A DNA stretch of 64,000 bases from the human T2T-CHM13v2.0 reference genome, Homo sapiens, in the NCBI RefSeq assembly GCF_009914755.1, contig NC_060929.1, one strand, 5' to 3'. The notes beneath the pieces are model-generated. The model was not told the DNA's origin. It saw nothing but the letters and a program-made list of their open reading frames with translations, and did no database searches. Made by a program: the position numbers and the translations under genes. Below, piece by piece: positions 56,854-64,000 of the stretch; within the stretch, counting starts at the first letter, position 1; each line of letters opens with the position of its first letter.

Positions 56854-57459
56854 TAAGAAACAGCAATTTCAGTGGCTCACTCTGGGGGGATAGAGTGCTG
56901 CTTCTTTCCCTCCACTGTACAATTCTGAATATATAGCTACTTCAAAGTCTCCCAAAATAAACACAGAAGTCCCTGAGGGTACCTAAGCTATTCTCAAAAC
57001 AAGCGTACAGTTCATTTTATCTTCTGCCTTTGCTGGGCATTGCAGACCCTCCCCTATGGTGTCATCACTTCCACCCAGCACTCTGAATTTTTCATATGCC
57101 ATTGCTGCTTCAACAATCACAACTAGGTGCTATTGCTTCTGCCCTGAACACTCCATTTTGCCAGGCAAGGTTACTGCTTGTCCCCTGTCTGTTAAGCAAT
57201 GTTGTTTTCAGCATCTAGCACTAGAATCTCCCACTATCTTCTTCCAGGCATCACACCCTCCTGTGAGGCACTGCCACCAAAACACTGGAGAGCATGAGGT
57301 ACGAATGCTGTGCAACAGCCAATGGTAAAGAGTAAAAGGATGCTTCTCCTCCTTCTTTGTGTTATGGACTCTTATGGGAGTCCCAAACATCTGCTGCCTG
57401 TAGTAACTAATCTATTAGTTATTAATTAAAACCCTCTCTCTTCCAGTAACTCAGACAGA

Positions 57460-58165
57460 ATGAATGCTGAAGAGTGGATGCCGATTTTAAAATGCCCTCA
57501 CTGCAGAACCTGAAACTTCTTCCCCTCTTTGGCAAGACAAGGATGGGGAGTATCCAGGATGCACAAGAAGGTCACTCAGCTGGAGCTCTGTTGGAGGAGC
57601 ACTGCCTCAAAATGGTTCTGACCTGACAAAGTGAGGGACCCTATCAAGCTTCTGATCCTCAGGAGAAGTAGAAAATCAAGAGTTTCAGAGTGAAGTTCTA
57701 TGTCCAAGCCAGTGAAATCTGCAGTGCAGAAGTCCCCGTAGGCAACCTCTGAAGAATTCACACATGCTTGCCAAGGAAGCAAGTCTATTTGAACACCTGT
57801 ATGCCCAGAAAGCTCTAATAGTGTGTTACAAGAGAATTATCTCATTAAGACCTTTCCTTCAGGTTAGTTCTTCTCACTCACCTGCCTTAGCTTCAGACTC
57901 CAACCCTGACAGATCAGAAAGTGAACTAGAAGGCAAAAATAAAGGAGAAGACCACAAAGCTCAGGAAATATGAAAGATGCTGACAATCCTACCTTTCCGC
58001 TACGGACTTCCAGCCTGAAGCAGGCCCAAGCTGGGGGAAAGGAGAAGCTTTAGCTCTGCATGCAGGTGTAAAGCATTTCAGTTCTTAAAATGAGATTCTA
58101 TGGTTAAAATTACCACAAAATTGTTTTAACTATCATAGAATGACCAGAAAAAATGACATTGGACA
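57460..58165 (+). mobile_element. Ancient LTR relic (MamGyp/LTR85-like, tentative)
   Basis: cttccagcctgaagcaggcccaagctgggggaaaggagaagcttta resembles recalled Gypsy-LTR consensus. Confidence 0.4.
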
Positions 58166-58329
58166 CACACTACTCCTACAGAGCAAGTTAAAATGGGTAG
58201 AAAAAAAAAATGTTTTTCTCCTGGAGATCAATGTATGTGTTCCTTCTTTTCAAAACAATAATTATTTATTTTTTGCTATATGACACACACTCTTCTTAGC
58301 CATGAAAATGAAGAAAAATACATTGATTG

Positions 58330-58470
58330 ACTTAATATTCAATACAACTCTATGAGACCAACACTATTATTATCAATCCCACTTTACAGAAAAGGAAATT
58401 TAGGTACAGAAATCTGAAATAACTTGTCAAAAATCACTCAAATAGTGAGTGGCAGAGTTGGGATAGATTG
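58330..58470. mobile_element. MIR
   Basis: cccactttacagaaaaggaaattaggtacaga...aacttgtcaaaaatcac. Confidence 0.65.
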
Positions 58471-58764
58471 TCACCTACAAGAATCAGTAAAATCAGAAGC
58501 ATCAAGGACCAAAAAGAAATTCTGAATTTCAAGAATGCAATCTTTTCTTCCATAAAGACTATGAGCTGTTTTCCTTTCAAATAAATAGGCTACAATAACA
58601 GAAAAAAAAACTTATATCTTTTTTATGTTCTCACAAAGGCACTACACATATGAATCTAAAATAAATTACAAGTAAAATGGAAAGTTAAGATAAGGAGTAA
58701 CTGAGCATATTTTATTTATTTCTAAACTATGTTTTCTGAATGTTGTATATAATGAAGAGGAAAA

Positions 58765-59430
58765 CATATTAGATACTACAGAAAATCAAATTAATGATGT
58801 AGAAGAAAGCATGAGAAATTTTTCTAAAACATAAAGAGATGGAATAAAGGAATTAAAATGAGAATAAAGAAAACAAACCATGTGGAGAACAGATTCCCAA
58901 AGCTTAATCAAAATATATAAGGGTAGATACAGCAGAAACAATAATCAAATTAATGAGAAACTTCCTTCATCTAATAAAACTTCATTCTGACATCTGAGTA
59001 AGTGCCGTATTTCAGGAAATCAATAAAAAGAAAACAATATCAAAATATATCTAGTACAGTTATCACAGCTAAAAGGCAAAAAGAATTCTATAACCACCTA
59101 GGGAAAAAATAATACTAGGTACAAAGAAATAAGACACATTCTGCTCAGATTGCTCTGCAATACTAAACGCCAGGAGACTGTAGGCAATATTTATCAAAGT
59201 TTGAAGAAGTTATCCATGAATTTTGTTTTGAGAAAAATTGTCAATTTATATGTGAAGGCAGCAGAAAGATATTAGGTACGTAAGATGGAGAAAATATTTC
59301 CCAGGTGTATTGTCTGACCATATGAATCAAAGACACCCTGAAGGACAAAAATTAAAATCTAGGAAACTGAATGTCATGCCTAGAAAGGATTGGTGGTAAG
59401 CACTGACAACCAGTTAGTCATATTGAGATA
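58765..59430 (+). mobile_element. Ancient HAL1 / L1 ORF1-like relic
   Basis: A-rich degenerate ORF1-like motifs (gaaaatcaaattaatgatgtagaag; caatactaaacgccaggagactgtaggcaat). Confidence 0.45.
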
Positions 59431-59512
59431 CTTACAAATGCAATAGAAACTCTTAATTGAACTCAATTAACAAGGGCCTCTATTCCGCCATGTAAATCCA
59501 CTGATTCTCACT

Positions 59513-59899
59513 ATTTGTTTAGTCTGTTAGAGCTCCCATAACAAAGTATCAGGGACTGACTGGCTTAAGCAACAGAAGTTAATTTGCTTACAGTTCTGGA
59601 GGCGAGAAGTCCAAGATCAAGGTGCTAGCAGAGCTGGTTTTCAGTGAGACTTCTTTTCCTGGCTTGGAGATGGCCGCCTTCTCCCTGTGTCCTCACATGG
59701 CCTTTTCTTGAATGAGTACTCCTGGTGTCTCTTCCTCTTCCTATAAAAACATCAGTCTTATTGGATTAGTGACCCACCTTGAAGACCATATTTAATGTTA
59801 ATTATCTCCTTAAAAGGCCCTATCTTCAAATACAATCACAAAGGGGATTATAAACTTCAGTATACGAATGTGAGGGGGGACACAATTGTCTATTATAGT
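59513..59899 (-). mobile_element. MaLR solo LTR (MLT1A-like)
   Basis: cataacaaagta...tggcttaagcaacaga...cagttctggagg...aagtccaagatcaaggtg...ggggacacaatt. Confidence 0.85.
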
Positions 59900-60784
59900 G
59901 TTCATAACTAACAGGCTACTCTTATTTCCCACTATAAAACCTACTAACTCTGAATGGTTATTGGTAAGGGTTACCCTTAGGGCAACAGACTACCTCCAAT
60001 TTTGCTTCTATTAAGTTGCAAAATGATGAACTGAGAGTCAGCTATGATAAATTTCCAAATAAGAGCTATAATTACCAATTCAATAATTTATCTAAATATT
60101 GTACAGACCAATGGAATGGTTGTGTGAAAAGCCTAGAGAGTTTTTGTATCTAAGACCAATTCTAATGTTTGGAAAAACTCAATAAAAGAAAATTATATGA
60201 TGAAATTGCTTAATTAATTAATCGTGGCTGAAGCAACTATAAAAGAATGAGGGTAAAATTTATAAACATCCAAAAGGATTCTACCCTCAAATTATTTCGA
60301 AAGTGTCCAATTTATCACTTCACATGAATTAAACAGAAACCAAAAACTGTGGATGTTATTTTCAGAAGGTTGTATATGTAAGAAAGCCAAAGTGGAAATA
60401 CAATTAGCAGAAACATCCTCAAAAGGATGTCTCAATCCTACATCTAAACATAAAAATGAAATATACATAAGTGGCTTATGTTAAAATAAAAGGTTTAATT
60501 ATATGTGTATTATTTTAATGAGTCAACTTTTTATTACTCAAGTAATTATGAATTATAATCATGTTATATAAGGATTCTTCTATATTTGTTTAAATAACAG
60601 TACAAATGTGACTATAAATCATTTTTTTAATTATTATTATTATAAGTTTTAGGGATAAAATTTTTATATATTTGTTTAAACAATAGGTTTATAACCCCAA
60701 TTTTTATTAAAATTAGGTTATCAGAGTGACTTGGTAGGTTGCATAACGTTCATTTTTACATATAAATATTATAGTTATAATTCA

Positions 60785-61302
60785 TGTAGGGGTTTCAGAT
60801 ATCGAGGAAGAAGGTGTGATGACTAGGGACAGTGGCACATGGAGGCTCTACTGGGCTATGCTGGGACAGAGTTGCACAAAAGGGGAGGCCTTTCACAGGG
60901 GGCCATCACCCTGAGGGGGAAGGAGGGCAAGAGAACTTCTGGAGAGGAGGGAAATCAGAGAGGGGGCTAAAATGTTAGGTGATTTTTGCTCAGCAATACA
61001 GCTGGAGTTGTGTGGGTCCAAACACTGTAAAGGGCAATAGGAACTTGGAGTCCTGTAACCACAAGACAATCTAATCAATGGCCCACAGAAATGGGGTGAG
61101 GTTTCTCATTGTATATGAAGTAGGCAGACTCTAAATGGCTAAAAATCTGTTTCTTGGGCTGGGCTATTTTTTAAATAGTTAGATGGACAAAAGTTTGAAT
61201 TTGGTACCAGGAGCTTCTGAGTCTCTGTGTGTCAACCTGCAATAAAGAAATAAAAAACCTAAGGACCAAAGCACAATAGCTATCTTTGGATCTTTTATAT
61301 AC
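60785..61302. mobile_element. Probable old ERV solo LTR (family unassigned)
   Basis: Begins tgtag, ends tataca; GC-richer island within very AT-rich flanks. Confidence 0.4.
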
Positions 61303-62196
61303 AATTATAAGTAGTATATACTTATATGTATATAAGTATTACATATGCCTATAAATATATGTGTTTATATATGCATATACTGATATTGTTTCATGCTGAT
61401 ATTTGTGATATTCAACCATGAAACTGCTGTACTAGAATTGCCATTAGTGATCATGAAAAAGAAGGGGTTGAATATTTATTTCCCCTAGTGAAAATAATTC
61501 AAGTGAACAAAAACTGCATATAGACAAAATCACTAATCATCTTTACCAAGTATAAATGTATATTTTAAAGTAATTGCACATAAATTATTTTAGCTTATAT
61601 AAAATTGCCAAAAGAATGAACTATTGGCATGCTTTTCAGAGGAAATTTTAATTATTTTCTGTTTTCTCATCTTTATTTTTATTCTTCTGCTTCTTGTTTC
61701 CTTAGAGTCACTCTGGCATGGCTTCAAGGGAAAGAAAGTCAATTGAAATACATATTATTGATGTTACATTAACAGACTCCACAGCTAGCAATGTGAACCA
61801 TGAATATACCCACATAAAATACAAATGGCTCCAATGTTGGGGGGAGGAGGGAAATAATAAATAACAGCTCTAAAATTGTGTGAAATGAAAATAAATTCAT
61901 CACTTCAATAAATTAACAAACAGGACCCACTAGACTTATAAAAATGCAAAGCACTATGCACTTTAAATGAAGTTAATAAAAGCAGATGGGGAATATTTTA
62001 TTAAGAAGCCATTAAACAATAAAACAAAATTCTAAGATAACTGTGGGTTGAAAGCTTGCTCTGAAACTAAAACATGAGTAATAACAAGGATTGGGATATA
62101 TGTTAGGGGAAGGAGAAGCAGAATAGCTTAATTCAACAATTTATCATTAGGAACCCAGGTGCCCAGGATATCAAGGTGAATACAAAAATGTTTGTT

Positions 62197-62551
62197 TGTA
62201 GCAGGACGAGCCTCAGATAAAACCCCTCAGACACCGGGTTAAAGAAGGAAGAGGCTTTATTTGGCCAGAAGTGTCGGCAGACTTGCGTCTCAAGAACCGA
62301 GCTCTCCAAAGAAAGAGTTCTTGGCCCTTTTAAGGGCTTACAACTCTAAGGGGTCCACGTGAAAGGGTTGTGATAGATTAAGATCTATAGATACCACATG
62401 TGGTTAGAGTGAGGGGTTAATCTTTAACCTCAGGCCTGGTCAGTGGTGCGGGTTGGTCTTGCCACTGACTTCATTCCTATTTTTTTTCAGCTTTTACTTC
62501 CTCCTTCTCTTCAGAGACAGGAGACAGTAAGAGAAATGGCCTCTCTCCTCG
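62197..62551 (-). mobile_element. 3' LTR of a class I ERV (HERV1/HERV3/HERV-E-related)
   Basis: On - strand starts cgaggagagaggccatttctcttactgtctcc right after polypurine tract gggggag; has AATAAA (tttatt ~62256); ends ...gtcctgctaca. Confidence 0.85.
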
Positions 62552-64000
62552 CTCCCCCATTTGAGAACCTCACTCACTGGTGGGAGTTCTCACTCTCATC
62601 TGCACTACCCAGGTCTTCCTGTGAGACAGATCAATAGTGATACATGTAATACCCTTGTGCTGAGGTCTTTTGATGAACTAAGGTGGTAACAAAGCCTCTG
62701 GAGAAATACAGGTACCATACAGGCGAGTAACATGCAGGTTCCTAACACTGTTATTATTCCTATTATAAAAGTTTTAAATCCTCCTAGAGCTAAAAACCAT
62801 TTTCCAAACAGGGATCCTGTGCCTGTGCCAAACCTGCACAGGCACATGTGCCAGCTTTGTCATGCCTCTAACTATCCTCATGCTCCGGCCATGTGTGGGC
62901 CAGTCAGCTTCCAGGTATGACTGGAGAAGGGCTTGCCATCTTGTTCAGAGTCACTTTGCAGGTGTTGTCCAGGCTTGGTCTCACCTCCCAGGTCTCAAGT
63001 GTTGCAGGTTTTACATAGCTATGGTGGATCCAGGCTGGGATTCCCTCTACCTTTACAGCTGTGGGAGTGGTCAGGACGACGGTCTGGGGTCCTTTCCACC
63101 GTGGCTGCAAGGGGGCTATGTTCCAATCCTTGATCCACACCCAATCACCTGGGGAGAAAGGGTGAACTGGGCACAATAAGCTGACAGGGCACCTCTCATT
63201 TACCCAGGCTGAAATTGTTTGTGTAATTTTCCCTAAAGCCTGTAGCTGTCACTGTAACTCAATTTCACCTAGCTCTCAAGGAGTGCCAGGGAGTCCCCAT
63301 AGTATGGGAGGGGGCCTGTGATAGAATATTTCATAAGGGGAATATCCTGTTCTTTTAGAAGGGGTACATCTACTCTTAAACAATACCATAGGGAGAGCTT
63401 GTACCCACTTTAATCCTGTTTCTTGACACACTTTCCCTAAACTATTTTGATAGTCCGATTCATCCGCTCCACCTTTCCAGAACTCTGTGGTCGGTAAGTG
63501 GTATGTAGTTTCCATGTGATCCCCAATACCTTTGTTGTCTTCTGTACCAAGTCAGCCACAAACATCGGCCCATTGTCTGAGCCAATTCGTAAGGACAGTC
63601 CAATCTAGGGACGAGATCTCAGAGAAGCACACAGGTTACTTCACAAGCTTTCTCAGTTTGTGTTGGATAGGCCTCCACCCACCCAGAGTATGCACCCACT
63701 AGAACTAGCAAATACTTGTTACATCCACATTTGGGCATCTCGGTGAAGTCTACTTGGAGATCTTCAAAGGGGGCTGCTCCATAAGCTTGTATGTCAGGTG
63801 GGACGGTTGGACCTTGCCTAGCGTTGTACTGCCAACAGGTGACATACTGCTGCACCACTGTTTTGGCAAGGGCTGACAGATGTGAGATGCAGAAGTACTG
63901 GCCTAACAACTTTTCAAGTGACTCTTGGCCGAGGTGGGTGGTCTCATGTACAGCCAGTACGACTGCGGCTCCTAGCAGTTGTGGCACAGATATTCTTCCA
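62552..64000 (-). mobile_element. ERV internal region: degenerate pol integrase and deleted env; continues beyond the window
   Basis: Integrase motifs HETTH, LQVDFTEMP...YSGWVEAYPT, TGYSPYEI, WKGPQTVVLTTPTAVKV...WIHHS; env TM remnant GSLFGKWF..GGFKT..IG. Confidence 0.92.
62904..63987 (-). pseudogene. pol: Gammaretrovirus-like integrase, broken by stops and frameshifts
   Basis: Three track ORFs (63619-63987, 63276-63515, 62904-63176) give consecutive integrase segments including the GPY/F module. Confidence 0.88.

Overview
Human-like (primate) AT-rich, repeat-dense intronic or intergenic DNA. I could not recognise a cellular protein-coding exon. The main feature is a full-length young LINE-1 (L1HS, Ta-0 diagnostics, ~7714-13757, +) with a frameshifted ORF1, an open 1275-aa ORF2 and an intact antisense ORF0. 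It carries a 70-bp AluSp fragment inside its target-site duplications (probable 5' transduction). Immediately downstream is an older L1PA16-like insertion (~13945-18757) with a multi-part inverted 5' end. That inverted end contains a ~0.9-kb inverted copy of nearby unique DNA (5413-6350); the element later received an AluY and a 1.4-kb polyadenylated retrocopy of unknown parent. The rest is Alus, MIR/L2, MLT1 LTRs, old L1M pieces, DNA-transposon relics and microsatellites. The right end holds the 3' LTR plus env-deleted pol/integrase remains of a class I ERV (- strand). No new gene system is demonstrated; the notable signals are retrotransposition-mechanism footprints and a possible L1 antisense-promoter/ORF0 fusion exon. 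Subfamily calls are by eye from recalled consensus motifs and need RepeatMasker/Dfam confirmation.
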